A stretch of 64,000 nt of DNA from a phage: the sequence record NC_135728.1; one strand, given 5' to 3'. Each line of letters opens with the position of its first letter. Position 1 is the first letter of the stretch. Below are positions 19,425-28,934 of the stretch, piece after piece. The notes under the pieces are model-generated. The model made no database searches. It was not told where the DNA came from and saw only the letters and a program-made list of their open reading frames with translations. The translations under genes were made by a program, and so were the position numbers.

Positions 19425-21170
19425 TTAACGTTGTGCAATTACTACGTCTACGATATCACCAACACCACAATACGTTAATTGCAGCAAGGTAACACTGTTA
19501 GCCTTGTTGTTAATAACAGGTGTTGCCGACAGGATAGCATACTTATCGTGCAAAGTCACGTTGTGACCTACAGCATCCTGAATTACATAGATAACCGCAG
19601 TGAATGGATAAGGTTTATCTTCCGCTGATGTCCCAGGCCACTGCCCTATTGTAAAATCCCCTTTAGCGTGGACAACATACATACTGGCCTGCCCGTTAGG
19701 TGTCCATGTCCCACTGGCCGCGTCAACCTCCTCTAAATCGAAATCTACCTTCCCTGCGTGGAAAGTGGGGGCAGTGATGGTTTTACCAGCCTCAATTTCT
19801 TGAGAGGTGGTTATCTTACCACTGGAGTTAATGCCATTACAGACAAAGTTGACATTAGAGAAGTCTGGCAGCCATCCGGTCACCGTGCCGGATATTTCAA
19901 GGTTGTGAACAGAGGTGGTGCCAGTCCCTGCTGCGTTTAAACTGACATCTCCATTTACCTGCAAGTTGCGGGTAACGTTGCAGTTTTCAGAGTTTGCAGT
20001 TGTTGCAGTTAAAGTGGTTGTTGTCAGCTCGGTAATTACACCTTTGTTGGCTGTAAGCCCTTCTCCTTCAAAAGTTGCACGCTCATTGACTCTTAAGGTA
20101 TTCAGAGCTATGTTTTGGATAGAGGCCGTACCTCGAATAACTACAGACCCGCCAACCTCCAAATCGCCATTTATCAATGCATCACCCGTGCTTTCAATAT
20201 AGCTAGGGTAGATCATGGTGCCATCGACAGAGTATGTTATCCCTGTAACGGTACCTGTCACCTCAAGGTTCTTAACCCTGGTGGTCCCATCGACCTGCAA
20301 TGTCGGTTCGGTTGCTGCCTTCATGGCATTACCACGAATGTACACGTAGTCAAAAAAGTTATTACCCAGACCATCAAAATGCACATCGTTATTATTAGCC
20401 ACTGGTTTCCCAGAAGTTATAGTGTCAGCTATAACCCTGTGGGTGGACACTTCATGAGGTTGCAGCTCTGTACTTCTCCAGTCTGCATGCTTAGGATCGC
20501 TCCACGCAAAAGTAAGTGTAGAAGTATTTGCCGTGAGGATTAGATTCCTAAAGCGTGCAGTAGAATCTGCCCCATTAACAGGTCCATGCAAGGTAAGGGT
20601 GCCACCAACTATAGTGTTAGCGAGCTCTGTAAGACCTTTTACCACCAAAGATCCTACAGTAACTTTCATCCCCTCCATGGCTTTAAATATGCTATCAACA
20701 TAGTCAACAACAAACTCTGTGTTTGCTATGGACTCTGACTTATCGTCCATTGGAGGTGTAGGTACTCGCGGGTCACCTTCGAACCTTGGGCTGTTAAGTT
20801 TTGCGTAGTATTTTGCCATTACTGCAGAATCGGTATATAATCTCCAGTTTGGAGATTGTGAAGGATCTGCTGGCATTCTAACCGGGTTAGATTTTGATGC
20901 TGCGGGAGCGTACCACCACTGAGGGCCTGTGTCCCCTTTAAACTCGTACAGCTGGTTAAAAACTGTTGTGGATGCACCATACGCCCAAGGGATCGGTGGC
21001 GTTTTAAAATAAAGGGTGTCAAGCATGGCTTTTCGTACCGTAGGGATGGTGGTCCCATCCTCTACGACAACTTCATCCACAGCGTTACCGTTGACAATCA
21101 GGTGCAAACGTTCAGAATCAACAATTACTTGATCTACCGCCTGCTCAAAGCTTGTCATGTCTTGCGCCAT
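19425..21170 (-). CDS. tail fibre/tailspike-like protein (581 aa)
   Basis: Thr/Gly/Asn-rich repetitive beta-strand sequence; position in the fibre module. Confidence 0.5.
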   Translation of the reverse strand: MAQDMTSFEQAVDQVIVDSERLHLIVNGNAVDEVVVEDGTTIPTVRKAMLDTLYFKTPPIPWAYGASTTVFNQLYEFKGDTGPQWWYAPAASKSNPVRMPADPSQSPNWRLYTDSAVMAKYYAKLNSPRFEGDPRVPTPPMDDKSESIANTEFVVDYVDSIFKAMEGMKVTVGSLVVKGLTELANTIVGGTLTLHGPVNGADSTARFRNLILTANTSTLTFAWSDPKHADWRSTELQPHEVSTHRVIADTITSGKPVANNNDVHFDGLGNNFFDYVYIRGNAMKAATEPTLQVDGTTRVKNLEVTGTVTGITYSVDGTMIYPSYIESTGDALINGDLEVGGSVVIRGTASIQNIALNTLRVNERATFEGEGLTANKGVITELTTTTLTATTANSENCNVTRNLQVNGDVSLNAAGTGTTSVHNLEISGTVTGWLPDFSNVNFVCNGINSSGKITTSQEIEAGKTITAPTFHAGKVDFDLEEVDAASGTWTPNGQASMYVVHAKGDFTIGQWPGTSAEDKPYPFTAVIYVIQDAVGHNVTLHDKYAILSATPVINNKANSVTLLQLTYCGVGDIVDVVIAQR

Positions 21171-21179
21171 GATTTCTCC

Positions 21180-21446
21180 TTAAGCTTTTTGCTCTTCGTT
21201 TTTAACGTGGTCAGGGTGCTGGCAACCCCACCGGAGCGAGATGAATTTGCTAATAAGCTGGGGGCAAGCTACTGAAGGCGCGTATATCCACGCATACCAT
21301 TCAGGAAGCGTATCATTATACCCCATATGAATAAACACCCCAGTCATCACCGCCATGCCTATGTTCGACCATAGCTTAGATTGGGACACTTTCGTAGGGT
21401 CATCAGATGCCGCAACCAGTCCCCATAAAAACTGAGTTAGTTTCAT
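21180..21446 (-). CDS. small membrane protein (88 aa), possible holin
   Basis: Hydrophobic segments WSNIGMAVMTGVFIHMGY and WYAWIYAPSVACPQLI; function is inferred only. Confidence 0.35.
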   Translation of the reverse strand: MKLTQFLWGLVAASDDPTKVSQSKLWSNIGMAVMTGVFIHMGYNDTLPEWYAWIYAPSVACPQLISKFISLRWGCQHPDHVKNEEQKA

Positions 21447-21457
21447 TTACCCTCTTT

Positions 21458-22504
21458 TTAAGCATAAGATATAGTGATCCATTGACCATTTACAAGTTTT
21501 TGGATAGCACCTGTCCAGTAATCACCTTGATAAGGGTGTTTATAAGCGTAGTTACCAGAGCACATCACATGTCCAGGGTAGACTCTTGACTCTCTGTAGG
21601 TGGTTTTAAAACGGTTTGCTATCCTTACATCATCAACCCCTCTGCTAGGCATAGGGATAGTAAGGTTACCGCTACTGTCTGCGCCGTTACCATTTACCCT
21701 GCGGACCACGTTTCTTCCACCAACTGTTGCATATTGGCCCCTGACGGTTTCATCGTTACAATCAACTCTTCCACCTATTTGAGCGCTTCCGCAGGATTGT
21801 TGTCCATTAACAGTGGCTCTTGGTATCGTGACCGCATTGGCATTTGCAGAGGAACTTTTTGCATCGTTGCATTCAAGATTTCCTTGGATAGCCAGTCTTG
21901 CACGGTTGGCAGTTATAGCATTGAGCTTCATAGCTGAAAACACAGGCTGCCCACCAGAAGGTTGAAATCTCCAACGGAACCCATCTATTTGGTGAGAAGG
22001 ATCATCAAGGTCTGTGCCGTCAGCACCACCGATGTTGTCCATAATCCAGAAATCCATCGTCGTCTTGTCTGGAGTTATGGTGGTATATATTGCCGCACTG
22101 TCTGTTGACGCAGATGCAAACTCGATTCTTTGAAGACCTAAAGTTTGAGTCTGAGTCATTATGTCTCCAGACTTGTCAACATATAGATCGTCCATTTCTT
22201 CAGGTGAGTATACATTGAGAACTTGACGTGCAGCAGCTTTGTCTGGAACGTCTGCTAGATTATTAGTGACCCTTAAGAATCTATTATCCCATCCTGGGAC
22301 AACATCTTCTGTTAAATGCTTCAACCACGCAGAAAGCATGTGAAGTTCAAAGTTAACAACTTCACATGCCATTCTTTGTGTCATATCCCAACCTTTCAAT
22401 CTCTCTTCTTTTTTTGGTTGAGATTTATTCAACTCTCCCGTATTTTCAAGCACAACATCCTGATTGGCCCAAATATCAAGAGGGATAACTGGTTTAGTCA
22501 TCAC
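21458..22504 (-). CDS. tail fibre protein, paralogue B (348 aa)
   Basis: Shares N-terminal (PLDIWA), central (GPDKTT-DF, LNAITANRA) and C-terminal (QKLVNGQWIT) blocks with 23516-24556. Confidence 0.6.
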   Translation of the reverse strand: MMTKPVIPLDIWANQDVVLENTGELNKSQPKKEERLKGWDMTQRMACEVVNFELHMLSAWLKHLTEDVVPGWDNRFLRVTNNLADVPDKAAARQVLNVYSPEEMDDLYVDKSGDIMTQTQTLGLQRIEFASASTDSAAIYTTITPDKTTMDFWIMDNIGGADGTDLDDPSHQIDGFRWRFQPSGGQPVFSAMKLNAITANRARLAIQGNLECNDAKSSSANANAVTIPRATVNGQQSCGSAQIGGRVDCNDETVRGQYATVGGRNVVRRVNGNGADSSGNLTIPMPSRGVDDVRIANRFKTTYRESRVYPGHVMCSGNYAYKHPYQGDYWTGAIQKLVNGQWITISYA

Positions 22505-22548
22505 GTTCTCCTGAGAAAATTCCTTAGGACTATTTTAACACTTTAGAG

Positions 22549-22580
22549 AACAAAATGCAAGAACGGAGTCCTTTCCGTTC
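22549..22580 (-). terminator. intrinsic terminator
   Basis: GAACGGA-loop-TCCGTTC hairpin followed by a U-rich run in minus sense. Confidence 0.5.
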
Positions 22581-22590
22581 TGACCTTTGT

Positions 22591-22905
22591 TTACCTTTTA
22601 CTATGCTCTACGAGCATGTGCAAAATCTTTTGTACATCAGCTCGGATGCCGGAGACATCTGTCCTGACATCCTGCTTAAGGTCGTTAATATCGGCCTCTA
22701 GCTTGCTTAACCGAGTCTCGATAACGGAATCAAGTCTATCTTTTGTAACCATACTGTTTTTCACTAAGATGAGGTCTTTCTCCAGCTCATCCAACCTCTT
22801 GGAAATGCCTTTCCATTTGGTGTGCCACTGGTTGAAAGCCCATACACAGATCGGGACAACGGTACCCATGCAGATACCGTACAATGCCGCCAAATCCAAC
22901 TCCAC
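22591..22905 (-). CDS. membrane-anchored coiled-coil protein (104 aa)
   Basis: N-terminal hydrophobic segment followed by heptad-rich region. Confidence 0.4.
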   Translation of the reverse strand: MELDLAALYGICMGTVVPICVWAFNQWHTKWKGISKRLDELEKDLILVKNSMVTKDRLDSVIETRLSKLEADINDLKQDVRTDVSGIRADVQKILHMLVEHSKR

Positions 22906-22916
22906 AACACCTCCTC

Positions 22917-23501
22917 TTAGAGGGTAGGTCGCTCCGGGAAGAAAATGTCAGGGGCTTTAGATGTATCTATTTCAAGAAGTTTTACCCTGTACATTTTCAA
23001 ATCTCTGATGTTACGTTTCTGGTCATCAGTAAGATCATATTCAAGGTCAATCATGTCTTGATAGGCACCAATTCTAGCAGTAGCCCAAGCAAGTTCTGTC
23101 TCTATGACACCCTCTGCCTGTTGAACAAAGAATTCATTGTCTGTGACAAATCCATCACCAACTAAACGCAAAGCGTCGTGGTGAAGCGTAATGTTTTCTG
23201 GTACCTCTTCTTTTTTGGCGATAACCACACGGAGACCTGGAGCAGGCCATAAGGCATCAGGTTCTTCTGTAGATGTCTTAAGAATTCCCTTCTCGTCAAC
23301 AAGCAGGAAGATACAACCTGGATTTTCTTGTCGTAATGTTCGTGACTGCACATACCAATCGCCATCATCATTACGTAAAAAATACCCGGTGTATGCGGTG
23401 TAATCCTCAACCTCTTGAGGGGTCAGCTCTTTGGTTTCCTTGTTGGCGTGGTATTCGCCAGATCCCGGTTGGTAAAGTTTAAACTCTTGAAGTATTTTCA
23501 T
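22917..23501 (-). CDS. tail fibre assembly chaperone (Tfa-like, 194 aa)
   Basis: C-terminal motif YRVKLLEIDTSKAPDIFFPERP typical of tail fibre assembly proteins; immediately downstream of a fibre gene. Confidence 0.55.
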   Translation of the reverse strand: MKILQEFKLYQPGSGEYHANKETKELTPQEVEDYTAYTGYFLRNDDGDWYVQSRTLRQENPGCIFLLVDEKGILKTSTEEPDALWPAPGLRVVIAKKEEVPENITLHHDALRLVGDGFVTDNEFFVQQAEGVIETELAWATARIGAYQDMIDLEYDLTDDQKRNIRDLKMYRVKLLEIDTSKAPDIFFPERPTL

Positions 23502-23515
23502 GCTAGTCCTCCGAT

Positions 23516-24556
23516 CTATGCATAATTAACAGTGATCCATTGACCATTTACAAGTTTTTGTAAAGGTCCTGCCCAGTAGGTTGAACCACGCATCTCTTTT
23601 TTGTCACCGAAATGCCAGCCTGTGACAACGTAGCCGTTGCGGATTGGAGATTCAGAAACGCCGTCCACAAGTCTTGCACCGATTCTGATGTCTTGCACAC
23701 CTGTCTGCGGGATAGTGATCGTTACATCACCGTTACCGTTAGCCGTCACTCCGTTCACAGAGCGAACCACATTTCTGTTACCTACAACACAGTGCTGGCT
23801 TCTTACAACCATACTGTCACAACTTGCACCACCATTAACATATACTGACCCAGCCGTCAACTGACTGGCCACATTACAGTTGGTGAATGTTGCGGTATTG
23901 CTGATAGTAAGGTTATTGCACCTCATGTTATCGACAACTTCAACATTGCCTACCACTTTCAACAGCGCACGGTTAGCCGTGATCGCGTTAAGGTACATCA
24001 AAGTGAACTCCGGATTAATATCCGGCTGAGTTGGCTGGAATCTCCAACGAAACGCATCTATTGTAGATGTGCCACCATCATCAAACGCCCCAGTATTATC
24101 ACTTAACCCAAAGTCGAGAGTTGTCTTATCTGGGCCAATAGTTGTCTCTATCCAAGCCTTATCTGTCTCGGCAGCTTTAAAGTTGATACGTTGCAAACCC
24201 AATGGGCCTGTCATTGTATCACCTGTAACTTTTACATACCTGGCGTCTGCCTCTTCCTTAGTAATAATCCCAAGGTTTCTACGGGCAACAGGAATGTTCA
24301 AAAGATCACTCAAGTTATTATCACGTACCAGATAACGGCCTTCTTGAGCGGGGATCTGCTCGTCAGCAATGTATTTTGCCCAAGTTCCGAGCATATTGAA
24401 AATATAGTTAAGTTCTTCACATGAGGGCTTTTGACCAAGATCCCAACCTTTTCTCCACAAATCATCAATCGGGCGTAGCCTGTTCTGTCTGTGGGTGTTA
24501 GGCAGAACCTGATCCTCCTCTGCCCAAATCTCTAATGGAAAACTAGGTTTTGACAT
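23516..24556 (-). CDS. tail fibre protein, paralogue A (346 aa)
   Basis: Paralogue of 21458-22504. Confidence 0.6.
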   Translation of the reverse strand: MSKPSFPLEIWAEEDQVLPNTHRQNRLRPIDDLWRKGWDLGQKPSCEELNYIFNMLGTWAKYIADEQIPAQEGRYLVRDNNLSDLLNIPVARRNLGIITKEEADARYVKVTGDTMTGPLGLQRINFKAAETDKAWIETTIGPDKTTLDFGLSDNTGAFDDGGTSTIDAFRWRFQPTQPDINPEFTLMYLNAITANRALLKVVGNVEVVDNMRCNNLTISNTATFTNCNVASQLTAGSVYVNGGASCDSMVVRSQHCVVGNRNVVRSVNGVTANGNGDVTITIPQTGVQDIRIGARLVDGVSESPIRNGYVVTGWHFGDKKEMRGSTYWAGPLQKLVNGQWITVNYA

Positions 24557-24568
24557 TTTATCTCCTGA

Positions 24569-26641
24569 TTATGAGAAGTCTGGCGGGACAACATCTTCTA
24601 CATACCCTTTCAGAGCAACCTGCCCCATATGAAGCACGGTAGAATCTCTAGCGGTAACAGTGATGCTGTCAGACATTACTTGCGGATATGCCCATACATA
24701 CTGTTTTACCTCAGGGTATCTATACTCTATAGTTGCCATGTTTCCGCAAATACATCTCCATAAAAATTCTTGGTAATTCCTAGTTGGGTCGTAGCCATAT
24801 ACCGGAGCAAGCTCTTTACTAGGAACGAACCCTGCAAGGTATTGTATTTCAGACGGTTGCCAACCTAACTTAACGATAGGTATGTTTACAGACTCTTTTG
24901 CCTTTTCAATACCTCCCTGCATCACCCAATCGTAGCACTCAGTGCAGAAGAAATCAAGAGCACCTGCTTCCTTTTTATATTGGTCAGCAAGGTTCAGCTT
25001 TTGCGTAAGCTCGGTTTCCATAATGGTTGGGAAAAACAGCAAAGCTGTCATCTGAGCTGATGCAGCGTGTGCCTTTATTGCCTTTGAAATGGCCGCAATA
25101 CGAGCGCCAAGCTTACCACGACAAAATGCTACATACTTGTCGTAAACACCGCCAGTTTTAGGATCGTCAATAGTCCCAATATCTAATGCATACTCACCTG
25201 TCTCATCATAAAACGCCTGCTTTGTAGGGTAATCATAAATACAAGGTCTACGAGTATCGGTATTGTACCACCACCACGGTTCACCAACCTGCATAATCAC
25301 TGGCAGGTTGTTTCTCATAGCGGCTGATGCAAAATTCTTAAATACTGCAGTAAGGAAATTCATACCCTCTTCAATGGTTGGAGACAGGAGGTAGCTACAG
25401 GGTGTATACCCTGTTTTAGCGTAGTTATCGTTCCAGTCTCTTTGGGTCCATTCCAACGGGCAGGCATCGCTGAAAAGCTCAAAACTTACAGATTGCATAA
25501 CGTCGAAGTTATGTCGTTTGGCATTGTACATAAAATCATCATGCCATTTATAAGCTGCAGCGTTTAGCGCCCCTGTTCTGTTTATAGACCATTGGGTTCC
25601 TGACCATGTGTAGTCATAATAATGACTCATACCAACATAATGGTTTATGGTTCCGGTATAGCCCAGACGCTTGATATTGTTCAACACCCTTAAAGGAGAT
25701 ACGTTCCACATATCGTCATATGCGGTGCAGATCCCAACGTCGTGCTCTTTAACCTGAATATTGTTAAGTTGCATCATTTTCCAGCCTGTGTCTGGCTGGA
25801 GCAGATCTAGGCGCAACTCACACTCTACATTTTCCGTTCTCGGGTCTGTGCTATTACTTACCCAGTCTTTAGGCATAAGCGGTATTAAAATCCTTCTCAC
25901 CTGTCGAGGATCAACACCCATCATGTTGTTGTTCTGATCCATCCCGACGCAGTCCTCGAAATCAATATGAATCTCTGCAACATTCTTATCCTCTGAGATG
26001 CTGACAGCATATTGAGCTAAAGGAACATAGATGATTGTGCCATCAACAAGGTCTACAGTCATAATCATCTTTTCAGGGGTGGAGAAGTTGCTGGCATTGG
26101 TTATTGACATTCTGAACCAAAGCTTGGTGTTTCTCATCTCATAGTGATCATCAAACCCAATACCGAAATGGTCATACTTGTCAACTGTTTCCCAAATGCA
26201 CCCAGCCATACCTCCATATGTTCTTGACACTAAACGGTTAATACAACAGTTGTCATCTGCAACAATACAGGTACTTTCAGTCTGCTGAGTGGTTGTAACC
26301 CAATATCTTGGGTGAAACATTCTCTCCTCAACAGTATCCCAGGATATCCTGTCAAGATTCTCATCTGAAACTATTGTACATTTCGCCCTTTGTGTTCCAA
26401 TCATCACCCCTTGAGATTTTGATGAAAACTCCATAAAGAAGCTTCTTGGCAACCTGTTGGGTAATTTGTCAACAATTTCCACAGGGATCTCAATACTGGT
26501 TGCCCCAATTGGGATAGTTACATCGCCCTCAACATGATTATAATCCCTACCAGGAACGGCAGTATCCTGAACTGTTCGGTAATGAAACTGTGCAGCCATT
26601 GTAGAGTAATCACGGTAAGGTTTAAAAACAGCTGTTGCCAT
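24569..26641 (-). CDS. tail/baseplate-associated protein (690 aa)
   Basis: Large ORF in baseplate module; no diagnostic motif. Confidence 0.45.
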   Translation of the reverse strand: MATAVFKPYRDYSTMAAQFHYRTVQDTAVPGRDYNHVEGDVTIPIGATSIEIPVEIVDKLPNRLPRSFFMEFSSKSQGVMIGTQRAKCTIVSDENLDRISWDTVEERMFHPRYWVTTTQQTESTCIVADDNCCINRLVSRTYGGMAGCIWETVDKYDHFGIGFDDHYEMRNTKLWFRMSITNASNFSTPEKMIMTVDLVDGTIIYVPLAQYAVSISEDKNVAEIHIDFEDCVGMDQNNNMMGVDPRQVRRILIPLMPKDWVSNSTDPRTENVECELRLDLLQPDTGWKMMQLNNIQVKEHDVGICTAYDDMWNVSPLRVLNNIKRLGYTGTINHYVGMSHYYDYTWSGTQWSINRTGALNAAAYKWHDDFMYNAKRHNFDVMQSVSFELFSDACPLEWTQRDWNDNYAKTGYTPCSYLLSPTIEEGMNFLTAVFKNFASAAMRNNLPVIMQVGEPWWWYNTDTRRPCIYDYPTKQAFYDETGEYALDIGTIDDPKTGGVYDKYVAFCRGKLGARIAAISKAIKAHAASAQMTALLFFPTIMETELTQKLNLADQYKKEAGALDFFCTECYDWVMQGGIEKAKESVNIPIVKLGWQPSEIQYLAGFVPSKELAPVYGYDPTRNYQEFLWRCICGNMATIEYRYPEVKQYVWAYPQVMSDSITVTARDSTVLHMGQVALKGYVEDVVPPDFS

Positions 26642-27327
26642 TAACCCTCCTGTCTAGTTGCGTTTACTGTAATACTTTCACAATAAATGGTTGTGGTGTC
26701 CCAATCAGGTCTTACGTCAGGAACATATAGCAAAGTAGCCAGCCCACCAACTCCGAATTGGCTTTCTTCCCACACTGATCCGAAGCCAAGAGCTGTAGAG
26801 TCCCCTTCAAAACCAAAAGCTTGCCCTTGCGATTCTGTAAGACGTAAATGACAAGGTAATGGTAGCATATCTAAGATCTGATCGATAGACTGCAATATGT
26901 CAAAGCAAGTTTTTCTAATATTTATGTCAAACCTGAAGTTGTCTCCTTTCCACGTATCGAAATTGTCTCTTCCGAACAATTGTCGCAAGGTGGAGATGAC
27001 ATCTTCGCGAGTCCCGCCCCTTGATGCTGCGGCCTGCTGAATAATTAGTGTGGCACGAAAATCAGCATCTGAAAGTCCATTCCTAAGAATACCAAGTTGA
27101 TTACCAACTTCGTCAAGGTATCTTCCGCTGGCATTGTTAAGCAATCTTCCTTCAGCCAAACCTACCAGCATCTTATCAACATCCTCCAACCTTTTAAGGT
27201 ATACGGTTAAGAATGTGACTAAATTAACCTTCTCAGCCAGAAAATCTCCAGGTAGGTAGTCAAGACCTCCCTGAACAAAATCTGGCAGAGTGTGGATGTG
27301 GTTAACATCCGACTTAATCTCTGCCAT
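26641..27327 (-). CDS. baseplate-associated protein (228 aa)
   Basis: ATGA-coupled to the upstream gene. Confidence 0.45.
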   Translation of the reverse strand: MAEIKSDVNHIHTLPDFVQGGLDYLPGDFLAEKVNLVTFLTVYLKRLEDVDKMLVGLAEGRLLNNASGRYLDEVGNQLGILRNGLSDADFRATLIIQQAAASRGGTREDVISTLRQLFGRDNFDTWKGDNFRFDINIRKTCFDILQSIDQILDMLPLPCHLRLTESQGQAFGFEGDSTALGFGSVWEESQFGVGGLATLLYVPDVRPDWDTTTIYCESITVNATRQEG

Positions 27328-27338
27328 ATCTCGCCGCC

Positions 27339-28829
27339 TTAAATAGTTTGTTGGAAAGTTATATTACTTTCGTCGAGGTCAAACACCTCGGTCATGTTCG
27401 CAACAATATCGTTTGTAGTGTAAGCTTCATCAGAAGCTCCTACGGATTTAACTTGAATTACCAGTCTATTAAATCTGCCTATTGACACAGCAGCAGATGC
27501 AGCACCTACCAATTGGATATTATACAACGTATCTGCAACATCCAGTCCGTTAACAACCTGCAAAAGAGCCTCTATAATGGCATCTTTTTCGGTTGTAGAA
27601 AGCGCAGCACCGGAGTAGGTAATTCTCATATCCAGGCGGTAGGTGTTTGCCTTGGAGTAATAAATTCTTTCAGTTTGACCGTCAGATGTAGTGACATCGT
27701 AGAAAATATTACCATAAGTCCTGTTCGTACAGGCTATAGTTTGGTAAAGTGCTTGGCAAATGTCTTCCGTTGCACCACCAAACACAACCACTTGGAACTT
27801 GTAAGGAGGTATACCTTTAGCATCAGTTTTATCGGTGTTGTTGGAGAACACTCTCACTTTCTCAACACCTTTCACCTCGCTTACAGCGCTAAGGATTGCA
27901 GGACGGGTAGCCTTAGATGTTAACTGTTTTGTGCTGGAAGCTCTTAAGCGATACTCTGAGTCTTTCTCAACATCCCTGCCCTCATTGAATCTTTCTCGGT
28001 TGGTAAGCTTGATAAATCCACTAGGAGTAGGTGACATTGTTGTCACGGTTTCTGCTTCTCTTGACAGCTCACCAGCCTCGTTAGCGATAACATCCAGTGT
28101 GATAGTTCTTTCCCCTACAATCGGGGATACTCTGAAATCTACCCTACTATTAAGTCCAACTTGATCAAGATTCGAATTGTACCCTATCCACAACGTTCCT
28201 GTCAACATATCGATCTGAATCAAATCGTCGTTCAACAGGGTTGTATTATCGACAATGAATTGCTTAATCTCTCCGTAAAAGCTTGGCAGATCAGAAGAGT
28301 CCAGAGCCTTATCTGTTAAAACCAAACTTTTTGTTTTGATACTTCCATCTGTCTGGTTGGTAATTTGAAAGTTGTATTTACCAATCCTCAGGTCTGGAGC
28401 ATTTATTCTGTGGGCAATAAGATTCCCTGCCACTTGCACATCATTGCTAAGAACAAAGTTGCCACTATCCAGCGTATAAGTTTTGGAATCATAAATCATA
28501 TTGTACGGCACAGTTGTGTTGATCGTCAACTGGCAGGTACCTGATGATTTAGAACGGCCTCTTCGGTAAATACCCCGTCTTCCAAGAAGCTCATCCAGGT
28601 AAATACCTTCTGCCCCATACAGCGTCTGTGATGCGTATACAGATGCTGCCATAAGAATAAGTTGATACTCTCGCTCGTTGAAGATAGTGGTCAACTTATC
28701 TGCAACGGAGTTACTCTGTACGTTGAAGTTTTCGCCAAAAGCACGGATCAGGCTTTGCTTAGTTTCAACGATTAGGTCATTTAGGGTTGGTATAACGAAA
28801 CCAGCCTCTGTCAATCCATACTTAGCCAC
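27339..28829 (-). CDS. baseplate protein, possibly J-like (496 aa)
   Basis: GTG start with GGAGGA RBS; call by position and size, homology not verified. Confidence 0.45.
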   Translation of the reverse strand: MAKYGLTEAGFVIPTLNDLIVETKQSLIRAFGENFNVQSNSVADKLTTIFNEREYQLILMAASVYASQTLYGAEGIYLDELLGRRGIYRRGRSKSSGTCQLTINTTVPYNMIYDSKTYTLDSGNFVLSNDVQVAGNLIAHRINAPDLRIGKYNFQITNQTDGSIKTKSLVLTDKALDSSDLPSFYGEIKQFIVDNTTLLNDDLIQIDMLTGTLWIGYNSNLDQVGLNSRVDFRVSPIVGERTITLDVIANEAGELSREAETVTTMSPTPSGFIKLTNRERFNEGRDVEKDSEYRLRASSTKQLTSKATRPAILSAVSEVKGVEKVRVFSNNTDKTDAKGIPPYKFQVVVFGGATEDICQALYQTIACTNRTYGNIFYDVTTSDGQTERIYYSKANTYRLDMRITYSGAALSTTEKDAIIEALLQVVNGLDVADTLYNIQLVGAASAAVSIGRFNRLVIQVKSVGASDEAYTTNDIVANMTEVFDLDESNITFQQTI

Positions 28830-28862
28830 GTCACTCCTCCGGTATGAAAATCTCTACAAGGT

Positions 28863-28891
28863 ATTTTACCAAATTTTGTAACAATAGTCAA
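28863..28891 (-). promoter_or_regulatory. sigma70-like promoter with extended -10 (TTGACT-N14-TGGTAAAATA)
   Basis: Hexamers with 17-bp spacer between the upstream terminator and the GTG start at 28829. Confidence 0.5.
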
Positions 28892-28898
28892 TCTGAGC

Positions 28899-28926
28899 AT
28901 AAAAATAAACCCCGCCGAAGCGGGGC
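28899..28926 (-). terminator. intrinsic terminator, CCCCGC-UUCG-GCGGGG hairpin plus UUUAUUUUU
   Basis: Same hairpin core as the 2487-2517 terminator; follows the J-like gene. Confidence 0.65.
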
Positions 28927-28934
28927 TTTAAAGG

